DNA of 60,773 bases, counting the filler. It is 5 parts of 5 records of this genome, joined end to end, with 100 filler letters (N's around TTAATTAATTAA, not from the genome) between each part and the next. Parts side by side here need not be neighbours in the genome. Positions count along the whole stretch, not along the records: positions 9,042 to 30,956 come from SRR31156797_9337; 4 more parts are not named here. One strand, written 5' to 3'. Below are positions 19,406-28,982 of the stretch, in pieces. Positions within the stretch are counted from its first letter, which is position 1, and each line of letters starts with the position of its first letter. Below the pieces are notes generated by a model that worked only from the letters and a program-made list of their open reading frames with translations, was not told where the DNA came from and did not search any database. Made by a program: the position numbers and the translations under genes.

Positions 19406-20920
19406 TTGAAGCATATAATTCTTACAACTTTAAATGGAAGATATTCTCATAGCAGTATTGCTTTGAGGTATCTTTTTGCTAATCTGCACGAACTTCAATC
19501 AACTACTACAATTGAAGAGTATGTAATCAACCAAAATATCCAAGATATTGCGTTATCTCTTTTAGAAAAAGATCCGAAAATTATTGCTATTGGTGTCTAT
19601 ATTTGGAATGCCTCAGAAGTGGGTGAGCTAGTAGAAATCTTAAAAAAAGTAGCTCCACAAACTATCATTATACTTGGTGGTCCAGAAGTGAGCTATACCC
19701 CTTTTCGAGTTAACTATGATAGCGCTGATTATATTATCCAAGGAGAAGGTGAGGTTCAATTTTATGAACTTTGTCGTGATCTTTTAGATGAAAAAACAAT
19801 AGAACAAAAAATATATCCTCCTAAGATGATAGATATCAACTCTATAACTCTGCCCTATTCTTATTATAATGAACATGATATCGCCCATCGTCATATCTAT
19901 GTGGAAGCTTCTCGTGGGTGTCCATATCTATGTGAGTTTTGCCTCTCTTCAATTGATAAAAAAGTACGTGAAATTGATATAGATATTTTATTAGATGAGT
20001 TTGAAACATTATGGCAAAAAGGAGCAAGGGATTTTAAATTTATCGATAGAACTTTTAATCTAAATATTGACAATGCAACTAAGATACTAGACTTCTTTTT
20101 AAATAAAGAGGAGCCTTTTACCACACACTTTGAAGTGATCCCTGATAACTTTCCAGCTCCACTAAAAGAGAAGATAAAACTTTTTCCAAAACACTCTTTA
20201 CAACTTGAAGTGGGAATCCAAACTTTAAAAAAAGATATCGCTAAAAATATCAAAAGAAAACTCAATATTCCAAAAATAAAAGAGAATATCGCCTTTTTAG
20301 AAAAAGAAACCAATGCTCATATCCATCTTGACCTGATCATTGGACTTCCAGGTGAAACACTTGAAAGCTTTGGAGAAAATCTAGATGAGCTATGTTCTAT
20401 CAGTAATAGTGAAATTCAAGTGGGAGTATTAAAAAAACTCTCAGGAACTACTATCAATAGACATGATATGGAATATGGAATGACCTATTCTGATATTCCA
20501 CCTTATGATATACTTTGTAATAAAGATATCAGTTTTAAAGAGATGCAACATATGAAACGATTTGCAAGGTACTGGGATATGATCTATAATAGTGGAAACT
20601 TTATCAAAAGTTTTAAACTTCTAACGTTTGAACTTAGTGTCTATCAAACTTTTTATGATCTTACAGCTTTTATCTATAAAAATACAGAATCAACTTGGCA
20701 GATATCTATGGATAGAATGGCAAAGTTTTTATTTGACTTTATGGTTACAACTCAAAATAAAGAACAAAAACTTGTAGGTGAAACTTTAGCAGATGATATT
20801 TTAAGTGTAAGTGGAAGAAAACTTCCTAAATTTTTACGTCCATTTAGTGAAGTGGTTTCAAGCTTTGAAAATATAAAAGTTGATTCAAAAAATAAAAGAC
20901 AACAAAAAAGAGCTGTATAA
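19406..20920 (+). CDS. B12-binding radical SAM protein (DUF4080-type)
   Basis: YIWN, ILGGPEVS, EASRGCPYLCEFCLSS and DRTFN motifs. Confidence 0.9.
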   Translation: MKHIILTTLNGRYSHSSIALRYLFANLHELQSTTTIEEYVINQNIQDIALSLLEKDPKIIAIGVYIWNASEVGELVEILKKVAPQTIIILGGPEVSYTPFRVNYDSADYIIQGEGEVQFYELCRDLLDEKTIEQKIYPPKMIDINSITLPYSYYNEHDIAHRHIYVEASRGCPYLCEFCLSSIDKKVREIDIDILLDEFETLWQKGARDFKFIDRTFNLNIDNATKILDFFLNKEEPFTTHFEVIPDNFPAPLKEKIKLFPKHSLQLEVGIQTLKKDIAKNIKRKLNIPKIKENIAFLEKETNAHIHLDLIIGLPGETLESFGENLDELCSISNSEIQVGVLKKLSGTTINRHDMEYGMTYSDIPPYDILCNKDISFKEMQHMKRFARYWDMIYNSGNFIKSFKLLTFELSVYQTFYDLTAFIYKNTESTWQISMDRMAKFLFDFMVTTQNKEQKLVGETLADDILSVSGRKLPKFLRPFSEVVSSFENIKVDSKNKRQQKRAV

Positions 20921-20933
20921 ACAGCTCTTTTTT
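20904..20933. terminator. Bidirectional Rho-independent terminator
   Basis: AAAAAAGAGCTGT-ATAA-ACAGCTCTTTTTT between convergent genes. Confidence 0.85.
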
Positions 20934-22093
20934 TATAACTCAAACTTACTTTTGAGTTTAAAGAAATAGATAATAGTTTTATACTGAACAAACATAAACG
21001 GTAACATCAAAATAAAATACATCACTGAGTATTTTGTAAGAACCCCATTGAGTGTTAATCCCATATTAATAAAGAAGAATCCAAATACCATAAACGCAAC
21101 CCCTGGACAAATCAGAGCAAATGATACAGGAGATTTTTTCTCACCATGAATAAACTCTTCAAAATAACCTATTTTTTTCATTACAAAAAATCCAAGCATA
21201 CCAAAGATCAATTGTAGGGCAAGAACTAAACTTGTAAGAGTAAATAAAGATGCTTTATCTAAAGGTGAATGGAAATGGTGATCTAATCCAAAACTTACTC
21301 TCACAAAAGTGATTCCAAGAAGTGTTAAAATTGGGATCATAATCCATAGTGATGGACTTGCTTCGCTTCCAATCCCATGTTCAAACATATTTTTAAATCC
21401 TAGAATAAGTTTAATAACTACAAGTAAAACAGAAATAGCTGCAAAGAAGATAGCACAAAAGATACCAATTGCATTAATAGCGATGTTAGTACTCATAGCC
21501 CCTGGTGCAGCAAATCCAACTGCGATCATCGCAAAAGCAAAGATAGAGATCATTTGAGAAAGGTTATTATTCTTTGTAAAATCAAAATCTCCAGTTGTAA
21601 TCAGTCTACTAAAATAATCCATGAAAATCTTAATAGCATAATATCCTGCAACTGCAAATCCTAAAAGAGCTCCTGGGAATAGATACTCTACAATACTCCA
21701 AAGACCTGGTACAAAAACTGCTCCAAGAACAAAACACACATTAATAGTCATTGCAAAAGTAAGTGGCATAGCCATTAACGTTACCTCAGCATTTGAATTC
21801 ATTAATGTTGTATACGCTTCAGTTTCTTTAAAAGCTTTATATTGTTTGATATTCCAAATTAAAAGTTTAAAATGGAAAAATGCAAAAGCGATAATAAATA
21901 CTAAAGAAAAAGCAACAACAAATGATAGCCAATCCCCTTTCATTAAAGCTGGGAATACTTGGTCATAGGTAGCCATTGCTGTTTTTGGGTGTGGTACCAA
22001 AAACATCAAATACATAAAAAACGATACTGATAATCCTCCAGCTCCTAGGGCTGAGAGAAAAAACATAGGAGAATACTTCTCTTTAAGTAACAT
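20933..22093 (-). CDS. TsoY-like multi-pass membrane protein (Cys form)
   Basis: YSPMFFLSALGAGGLSVSFFMYLMF N-terminus and ALICPGVA motif (Cys encoded by TGT). Confidence 0.7.
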   Translation of the reverse strand: MLLKEKYSPMFFLSALGAGGLSVSFFMYLMFLVPHPKTAMATYDQVFPALMKGDWLSFVVAFSLVFIIAFAFFHFKLLIWNIKQYKAFKETEAYTTLMNSNAEVTLMAMPLTFAMTINVCFVLGAVFVPGLWSIVEYLFPGALLGFAVAGYYAIKIFMDYFSRLITTGDFDFTKNNNLSQMISIFAFAMIAVGFAAPGAMSTNIAINAIGIFCAIFFAAISVLLVVIKLILGFKNMFEHGIGSEASPSLWIMIPILTLLGITFVRVSFGLDHHFHSPLDKASLFTLTSLVLALQLIFGMLGFFVMKKIGYFEEFIHGEKKSPVSFALICPGVAFMVFGFFFINMGLTLNGVLTKYSVMYFILMLPFMFVQYKTIIYFFKLKSKFEL

Positions 22094-22249
22094 TTTTATC
22101 CTTTCTATTAAAATTTTCGAGATTCTAGCTTAAAGTTTCTAAAATAAATATTATAAGATAGAACTATGGGTCAAGTTTTTATACTCTTTAAATTTATAAG
22201 AAATTTGTCATAATTTATAAATGTAATAATTTAATAAAAGGATATAGCC

Positions 22250-22999
22250 TTGATAGCAATAATTGAAAATATAGGTGATAAAACCATTAAATATACTAAT
22301 GAGTTTATCACTTTTTTTCTTTTTATTATCAAAGCTTTTGTATTTATCAGCTCCCCTACGAGCTATAATAGAGCCTCAAAAAGACTTTTTATCAAACAAA
22401 TGTACCTCTCAACTATTAAAATTTTACCTCTATTTAGTTTTTTAGCCCTATTTTTTGGCTCGATTTTTATAGTGATCACTATATTTTTTGCGATCAACTT
22501 TAATCTCCAAGATAATATTGGAACTCTTGTAGTGACTTTTGTACTCAATGAGTTTGCCCCAATCTTTACAACTCTATTTATTACTTTACGATACCAATAC
22601 CTTATCACCACTAAAAAAACAGCTCACACTGAGATCATTAAACAATTTACACGAAACTATACTCCTAAACTTCTAAGCTCCCTTATCTCCATTCCAGCTA
22701 TGTCACTCCTTTTTGCAACAATCATATTAATAAGTGGATATATGGTCTCTTCTATTTATCTTAATTTAGATTTCATTACTTATAGAGAACTGATCATAAG
22801 CTCCATTACATTTAGTAATATAGTTGTGTTATTTGTAAAATCGATGATATTTGGATTTTTTACTACCCTTATCCCTTTATATTTTAGTCATACAAAAAGA
22901 GATAATGTAAATAGTGCTAAATCAATTATAGATATTTTTGTTACAATACTGCTTATACTGTTTTTTATAGAGATAGTATCTTTAATAATATTGTATTAA
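22250..22999 (+). CDS. MlaE-like ABC permease (divergent)
   Basis: Hydrophobic; LNEFAPIFT and KSMIFG motifs; upstream of the MCE gene. Confidence 0.7.
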   Translation: MIAIIENIGDKTIKYTNEFITFFLFIIKAFVFISSPTSYNRASKRLFIKQMYLSTIKILPLFSFLALFFGSIFIVITIFFAINFNLQDNIGTLVVTFVLNEFAPIFTTLFITLRYQYLITTKKTAHTEIIKQFTRNYTPKLLSSLISIPAMSLLFATIILISGYMVSSIYLNLDFITYRELIISSITFSNIVVLFVKSMIFGFFTTLIPLYFSHTKRDNVNSAKSIIDIFVTILLILFFIEIVSLIILY

Positions 23000-23008
23000 A
23001 AAAGGGAT

Positions 23009-23926
23009 TTGATGACTTATAATAAAATGAGATTTGGAGTTGGAGTATTTATACTACTTTTCTTTTTAAATATCATTTTATTGATCTCCTATGTTTTAAT
23101 TGAAAAAGGTGTTTTTGATACAAAATATAACTACTACTTTAAAACCTTTAGTGCCGACTCTTTAACCATAGGGATGCCTGTTAAAGTCTCTGGATTTACT
23201 GTTGGCTTTGTAGATAGTATTGATCTTCAAGATGATGGAAGTGTGAGCATCTCTTTTAATGTAAATGAGAAAAATAGAAAATGGGTCTGTACTGAGAGTC
23301 TTTTAATGATACGAAAACCTCTCCTTGGATCTCCGCATATTATTTTATACTCAGCCATAGGGAACCCAGTCTTAGAAGATGGCTCAACTTTACAAGCTAT
23401 TGTAAGTAATGATATCAATGATCTTATACTAAAACTTGAACCAATAGTGACTAAAATGGAAAATATTGTAACTTCAGTTGATAAAATCACAAGCTATCTA
23501 GCACGTGATGACTCTGAAATTATCAAAACAATTCGACATATTGAACAATTTAGCGCAAATCTTGCAAGAGATAGATCTTTACTAACAACTATTACAGGAG
23601 ATCAAAAAGCAACTGATTCTTTTATCGCTACCATACATAAACTTCCTACGATTTTAGAGAATCTAAACTCTTTAAGTGCTGATGTAAAAAAAGATATTCT
23701 TCCTCCACTCTCAGGATTTATAGATGAGCTTCATAATATCACAAAAGATATCCTCTCAAAACTCAAACGTCTTGATAAGGTAGTCGATTCGGTAAGCTCA
23801 TCGGACCAAGATATTATAAATATTAAAAATCAAGTAAACGCTGCTATTACAAAATCAAATGAGCTTATTGATAAAGTAGATACTCTTTTTCAAGATAAGC
23901 AAAAAGACAAGGTAAATCTCCCATGA
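23009..23926 (+). CDS. MlaD/MCE-domain protein
   Basis: N-terminal TM; LTIGMPVKVSGFTVGFV MCE motif; helical tail. Confidence 0.85.
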   Translation: MMTYNKMRFGVGVFILLFFLNIILLISYVLIEKGVFDTKYNYYFKTFSADSLTIGMPVKVSGFTVGFVDSIDLQDDGSVSISFNVNEKNRKWVCTESLLMIRKPLLGSPHIILYSAIGNPVLEDGSTLQAIVSNDINDLILKLEPIVTKMENIVTSVDKITSYLARDDSEIIKTIRHIEQFSANLARDRSLLTTITGDQKATDSFIATIHKLPTILENLNSLSADVKKDILPPLSGFIDELHNITKDILSKLKRLDKVVDSVSSSDQDIINIKNQVNAAITKSNELIDKVDTLFQDKQKDKVNLP

Positions 23927-24573
23927 TCTATAAACTCTCACTTTTGATCTTTTTAGTTTTTTTTGCTGGATGTTCACTTAAACCACCAGCAAACCAATGG
24001 GAATATAAAAGTAGTAGTGCCTTTGAATCTTATACAAAAAACTTTTTAAGTGCCAATGATGCCGTTGCACACAATGAACTTGAAAAAGCACTCAAAAGTG
24101 CCAAACAAAGTGCTGATCTTGAACAATTAGCAAGAATATATTTAGGAAAATGTGGATTAGAACTCAGTATTGAGCCACAAGCTACATGTAGTGAATATGA
24201 AAAGATACAAGAGTTTATCACTTCAGCAAAACTTATTAGCTACTACAAAATGCTTAATAAAACTCTCGGAAATCAAGATATCCAAAACCTTCCCTCACAG
24301 TATCAAACCTTTGCAAACTACTACCATATACAAAACTATCAAGAAGCATTTCAAGCGATACAAGGGATGGAACAAATAAGTTCACAATTTATCGCAGCTT
24401 CAATGATACATGATAAACTTTCAAAATCACAGATCAATTATCTTATAGATACTGCTTCATTTTATGGATATAAAAAGCTAGTGATTTTTTGGATAAAACA
24501 ACTTATTATAAAAGAAGAGGATTCCTTAAAAAAAGAGCGATTAGAGAAAAAGCTCCATATTTTACAAAACTAA
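23923..24573 (+). CDS. Lipoprotein associated with the MCE operon
   Basis: Lipobox FFAGC; overlaps the mlaD stop (ATGA). Confidence 0.75.
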   Translation: MIYKLSLLIFLVFFAGCSLKPPANQWEYKSSSAFESYTKNFLSANDAVAHNELEKALKSAKQSADLEQLARIYLGKCGLELSIEPQATCSEYEKIQEFITSAKLISYYKMLNKTLGNQDIQNLPSQYQTFANYYHIQNYQEAFQAIQGMEQISSQFIAASMIHDKLSKSQINYLIDTASFYGYKKLVIFWIKQLIIKEEDSLKKERLEKKLHILQN

Positions 24574-25022
24574 AACATCTCCCTTTTCTCTTCATAATAA
24601 CTTCCACCACAATTTAAAAAACATCTTTTATATTTTTGCTCACACCCTAGGTCAACATCATAACAATGATCCCTTTTAGGTATTCTACATCTTTGTAATC
24701 GATGAAGTTTTTGATACACATGTTTTTGATCCTCGATACACTGTTTTACCTCTTTTGCTCTTTTACAATAGTCTCTTATCTCTCTATGAATTCTACTGTT
24801 GCGATCAATACACCTTTGATAATAGCGTTCATTTATATCATTTTTTCTTTTGCAATGTTTTTTATACTCTTGCTCTTTTATACTACACTGGTATTCATCA
24901 CCCTCACATATTTTTACACAACTAATCCCCTCAGGAGTCGTAGGTGGTATTGGATGATATACACTATAAGTACACCCTGTAAAAAATATAATAACTACTA
25001 TAATAAAAATATATCTTGTCAT
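24570..25022 (-). CDS. Cys-rich lipoprotein of unknown function
   Basis: Lipobox FTGC plus 12 further Cys; GGGAAAAG RBS. Confidence 0.75.
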   Translation of the reverse strand: MTRYIFIIVVIIFFTGCTYSVYHPIPPTTPEGISCVKICEGDEYQCSIKEQEYKKHCKRKNDINERYYQRCIDRNSRIHREIRDYCKRAKEVKQCIEDQKHVYQKLHRLQRCRIPKRDHCYDVDLGCEQKYKRCFLNCGGSYYEEKREMF

Positions 25023-25214
25023 CTTTTCCCTTAATCACTAAAGTGTTTTATTATAACAAAAAAACATCTAAACACTCATTTTCAAGGGTTTGAGTATTTG
25101 ATTATTCATCTTTTGCTAAGAAATTTTAAATCTTCACTACTTTTTCACTAGTTCTTCTCTTTTTCATCACTTTTTATTTTTATAATACTCGTATAAGAAA
25201 AAAGGATATATAAA

Positions 25215-25376
25215 ATGATAACATTCACACCAACAAACTCAACAGAAAAATCTTTAACAATACTTCCAAAAGAGTGTACTTGTAATATGTGTCAAACAAT
25301 TAAAAAAGATGCTTTAAGTACTTTAGGTCTAAAAAGATTTAATGAAGTATGTAAGATCTTAAAAATTGCTGCTTAA
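25215..25376 (+). CDS. 53-aa microprotein with CxCxxC motif
   Basis: TATAAT at 25181-25186 and AAGGA RBS; MITFTPTNSTEKSLTILPKECTCNMCQTIKKDALSTLGLKRFNEVCKILKIAA. Confidence 0.65.
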   Translation: MITFTPTNSTEKSLTILPKECTCNMCQTIKKDALSTLGLKRFNEVCKILKIAA

Positions 25377-25408
25377 ATAGCGCAATATATTAGAAGATTT
25401 AATGGGAG

Positions 25409-25609
25409 TCACTTTGACTCTTCATTAATCATTAGCTCTCTTTTGATCACTTTAGCAATACAAGTATGCTCCTCTGTATCATGTAAGATACTATAAAGTT
25501 CCCCACTTTCTATTTCAGACAAACTTAATGTAATATGAGAAAGTTTACCATCATCCTCTATAGTATATTTAATAAATGTTTCTTCAGGATTTAATATCAT
25601 CTTTAGCAC
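25409..25609 (-). CDS. Hypothetical acidic protein
   Basis: 66-aa ORF; start uncertain. Confidence 0.45.
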   Translation of the reverse strand: MLKMILNPEETFIKYTIEDDGKLSHITLSLSEIESGELYSILHDTEEHTCIAKVIKRELMINEESK

Positions 25610-25805
25610 CTTTGTTCATAGTATTGTTATGTATATAGTTAATCTTATCTAAATGATTTAGACATACATATAAATTCACCACAAACTAAAATAGCACTAT
25701 ACTTGTAAAGTTGTCTATAATATCTTGGGATTTAGTTGAGATTAATGGTGTTAGAATTTTGTATTTAAAAGACTTTTATTAAAGCTTTTACAACACTTCA
25801 AAGAA

Positions 25806-25880
25806 TGGTGTTCGAGAATGGATTTGAACCATCGACCACTACGATGTCAACGTAGTGCTCTACCCCTGAGCTACCCGAAC
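25806..25880 (-). tRNA. tRNA-Val(GAC)
   Basis: GTTCGGGTAGCTCAGGGGTAGAGCACTACGTTGACATCGTAGTGGTCGATGGTTCAAATCCATTCTCGAACACCA folds into a full cloverleaf with anticodon GAC and encoded CCA. Confidence 0.97.
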
Positions 25881-26036
25881 AAATTGTATGAAATAATATC
25901 CAATATATTCTATAAATCTCTTTAAATACATCGTGTCTCCTTTTAAGGGTATAAGTAATATAATATTACCAATTTAAGCTAATCTTAATTATAAAACGTA
26001 TATAATGGTAATATAATATTACTTAAAGGCATAAAT

Positions 26037-26243
26037 ATGGGTACAATTAAAACGATTATACTCACAGTATTATTATCTGTGACAACCTGTTTATGGGTTA
26101 TGTTTAGTGCTGAAAGTTTTACTTCACATATAAGTGAGTCAAACTTTATAAGTGTTGTGTCCTATATTTTTACATTTTTCCTTTTTTGGGGATTATGGGT
26201 AGTAATAGGGACACGTTATCTTAATATAAAGAAAGAGGAATAA
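26037..26243 (+). CDS. Small two-TM membrane protein
   Basis: 68 aa with two hydrophobic segments; AAGG RBS. Confidence 0.65.
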   Translation: MGTIKTIILTVLLSVTTCLWVMFSAESFTSHISESNFISVVSYIFTFFLFWGLWVVIGTRYLNIKKEE

Positions 26244-26244
26244 C

Positions 26245-26463
26245 ATGAATATCACTATGATAAAGAAAAAAGATATCAAAGGATTAAAAAAATCAGAAAT
26301 GGAAGATCTAAGTATTTCAAAGATCTCTCATGAAAATGGTGTACAATGTGTAGAGTTTTTTAATAAAAATGGAGCACACAGAGTATTTAGCAAAAAAACT
26401 GATAAAGCGATTAAAAAAGCTTTAAAATGTATGAGAAAAGCGAATAAAAAAAGCGCTGCATAA
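26245..26463 (+). CDS. Small basic hypothetical protein
   Basis: 72 aa, Lys-rich, ends in KKSAA; GAGGA RBS. Confidence 0.65.
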   Translation: MNITMIKKKDIKGLKKSEMEDLSISKISHENGVQCVEFFNKNGAHRVFSKKTDKAIKKALKCMRKANKKSAA

Positions 26464-26466
26464 AAA

Positions 26467-26565
26467 ATGAAAACAGTAAATCATACAATAAAAAAAGAAA
26501 AACTAGTCGATGTAGGGATAACACTTTTATTTTGTACTGTACTAGTTCTTATTCTTTTTTCTTAA
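26467..26565 (+). CDS. 32-aa single-TM microprotein
   Basis: MKTVNHTIKKEKLVDVGITLLFCTVLVLILFS, starting 3 nt after the previous stop. Confidence 0.45.
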   Translation: MKTVNHTIKKEKLVDVGITLLFCTVLVLILFS

Positions 26566-26621
26566 TTTAATGTTTTTACGTTAATATAGCACCCTAACAA
26601 ATATCAATTTGAAAGGGTGTT

Positions 26622-27155
26622 ATGAAACAACTACTTATCTTACTACTTACAACGTTATCATTATTTGGTGCAAATCCAACTGCTGTATTGCAAACAACGC
26701 AAGGAAACATAGAACTAGAACTTCGTCCTGATCTTGCGCCTCTTGCGGTTGAAAACTTTACAACCCATATCAAAAATGGCTATTATGATGGACTTATTTT
26801 TCATAGAATCATCAAAAACTTTATGATCCAAGGTGGAGATCCTACAGGAACCGGTCGTGGAGGAGAGTCTATTTGGAAAAAACCATTTAAAGATGAATTT
26901 ACTTCAAAAGCTATCTTTGATAAAGCTGGTATCTTAGCAATGGCAAATGCTGGACCAAATACCAATGGAAGTCAATTTTTTATTACAACTGTTGCAACTC
27001 CATGGCTTAATGGATATCATACAATCTTTGGATCTGTAAAAGATAAAAAAAGCTTAGAAGTAGTAAGAAAACTTGAAAATGTAAAAACGTCAGGAAGATA
27101 TGGTGGGGATAAACCTCTAGAAGAACAAAAGATCATAAAAGCGTATATAAAATAA
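26622..27155 (+). CDS. Cyclophilin-type peptidyl-prolyl isomerase (exported)
   Basis: FHRIIKNFMIQGGDPTGTG and MANAGPNTNGSQFFIT motifs; signal peptide. Confidence 0.95.
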   Translation: MKQLLILLLTTLSLFGANPTAVLQTTQGNIELELRPDLAPLAVENFTTHIKNGYYDGLIFHRIIKNFMIQGGDPTGTGRGGESIWKKPFKDEFTSKAIFDKAGILAMANAGPNTNGSQFFITTVATPWLNGYHTIFGSVKDKKSLEVVRKLENVKTSGRYGGDKPLEEQKIIKAYIK

Positions 27156-27174
27156 TATAAATAAGGAGTATACA

Positions 27175-27375
27175 ATGGCTGAAATCGTATGTGATTGTAT
27201 GGATATCGAATATACAGATATCGTAGAAGCGGTAAAAAAACATGGTGATAATCTAGATGCTATTATGAATGAAACTGAAGCTGGAACAGTTTGTGAAGAT
27301 TGTTTAGAAGATGATTGTGATAAAGTGGATATTCCACTAAAAGTTGCGATTAAAAAAGCTTTAAGTGAAGTATAA
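27175..27375 (+). CDS. BFD-like (2Fe-2S)-binding protein
   Basis: IVCDC...TEAGTVCEDC pattern; AAGGAG RBS. Confidence 0.8.
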   Translation: MAEIVCDCMDIEYTDIVEAVKKHGDNLDAIMNETEAGTVCEDCLEDDCDKVDIPLKVAIKKALSEV

Positions 27376-27400
27376 AATAAAAGGGCTTTTCCCTTTTATT
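27376..27400. terminator. Bidirectional terminator
   Basis: AATAAAAGGG-CTTTT-CCCTTTTATT between convergent genes. Confidence 0.65.
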
Positions 27401-28088
27401 TTATCTTATCAATTATTTTCATTAAAAAACTAGCACTATTTTTTGCAGAACTCTCTAAAAACTCATCAAAATTAAACCCAGCGTCCATATCAGCAGTATC
27501 ACTAATCGCTCGTAAAATAAGACAAGGTACATTTAAAGCATCACAAACAACAGCTACACTAGCCCCTTCCATCTCTAAAGCATCAGCTTTGAAAGTAGAC
27601 TCAATAAACTCTTTTCGCTTCTCATCAGCCACAAACTGATCTCCTGTAGCAATAATACCTTCCATGATCTTGATATTATTCTCTTTTGCCACATCAAGTG
27701 CAATATCTTTTAACTTCGAATCCGTCTCAACATACACACTTCCACCAGGAACAAATCCAAAAGGATGCCCAAATGCAGTGATATCAAGATCATGTTGAGA
27801 AAGTTTATTCGCAACAATAAGATCACCTATCTTCAACTCAGGATTAATCCCACCAGCAACCCCACTAAACAGCAGTGTATCACATCCAAACTTTTGGATC
27901 ATTGTAGAAGCTGTCAATGTAGAAAAAACCTTCCCAATCTTAGAATACGCAATAACCACATCCAGACTTCCAAGCTTTGCTTCATAGTAAGTATTATCTG
28001 CATAGTCAGTTTTTTTAATATCAGTAAAATACTCTAAAAGTGGAGTAATCTCCTCTTCCATCGCTCCCATTATCGCTAGTTTTGTCAT
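27396..28088 (-). CDS. mtnN: 5'-methylthioadenosine/S-adenosylhomocysteine nucleosidase
   Basis: MGAMEEE, SKIGKV, TGDQF, EMEGA and RAISD motifs. Confidence 0.96.
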   Translation of the reverse strand: MTKLAIMGAMEEEITPLLEYFTDIKKTDYADNTYYEAKLGSLDVVIAYSKIGKVFSTLTASTMIQKFGCDTLLFSGVAGGINPELKIGDLIVANKLSQHDLDITAFGHPFGFVPGGSVYVETDSKLKDIALDVAKENNIKIMEGIIATGDQFVADEKRKEFIESTFKADALEMEGASVAVVCDALNVPCLILRAISDTADMDAGFNFDEFLESSAKNSASFLMKIIDKIK

Positions 28089-28222
28089 TAATTTGCCTTA
28101 TAAATTTTTATTGGATTTTAGCATATTTGTATTGAAAGACTTATCAATACCTTTTAGATACTCTATTTCTCTTTCATTAATTTATGCTATAATTAAATAT
28201 ATTTGATAGGAGTAGTCTCTAG

Positions 28223-28555
28223 ATGATTAATATAGAAGAAGTAAAAACTGAACTTATTAAACAATTAAAACCACTTGATCTAGATAAAGTTATACTTTTT
28301 GGATCTTTTGCAAATGGTACTCCTACAGAAGATACTGATATAGATTTATATATCGTTACAAAAGATGATTATATCCCTCAAAGCTTTAAAGAAAAAATAC
28401 AACTAAAATTAAAAGTATCAGAAGCTCTTGATGGTATCTGTAAAAAATATCCAACTGATCTTATTACACATACTAAGCCAATGCACAATAAATTTATTGA
28501 ATTAGATAGTATGTTTAGTAGAAAAATCCTTAAAGAGGGCATCTCTCTTTTATGA
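28223..28555 (+). CDS. Minimal nucleotidyltransferase (MNT antitoxin)
   Basis: ILFGSFANG...DTDIDL (GS-DxD) motif; coupled to a HEPN gene by an ATGA overlap. Confidence 0.9.
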   Translation: MINIEEVKTELIKQLKPLDLDKVILFGSFANGTPTEDTDIDLYIVTKDDYIPQSFKEKIQLKLKVSEALDGICKKYPTDLITHTKPMHNKFIELDSMFSRKILKEGISLL

Positions 28556-28959
28556 GACCCATTACAAAGGAATGGCTCAAAGCTTCATACGATGATATAA
28601 GAGTCATAGAGAAAATCTATCAAGATGAAATATTATCTCACATGGTAGCTTTTCATGCTCAACAATCTATAGAAAAATCTTTTAAAGCAATACTATAAGA
28701 ACATGAAATAGAATTTCCAAAAGTTCATAAACTAAGAAAACTGCAAACTATGCTACCAGTATCTTTTGAATCTATAGATGAAACTCTTATTAAGATTTTA
28801 GATGAACTCTATATCGAATCAAGATATCCCGGAGACATAGGACTCCTTCCCCATGGAAAACCGACTTTAGAAGATGCTAAAGAGTTTTATGACTTTGCTC
28901 TTGATATTTTTTATCAAACGTGTTCTATTTTAAAAATAGATTCACAAGAAATCGTATAA
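28552..28959 (+). pseudogene. HEPN-domain protein with premature TAA (28696-28698)
   Basis: MRPITKEWLKAS...FHAQQSIEKSFKAIL*EHEIEFPKVHKL...YIESRYPGD in one frame with a single internal stop. Confidence 0.85.
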
Positions 28960-28982
28960 CGTTCCTTTTATTTTTAACAATT

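Noticed and set aside
21100-21125. Selenocysteine in the TsoY-like gene
   Set aside because: The motif codon is TGT and the ORF has no in-frame TGA.
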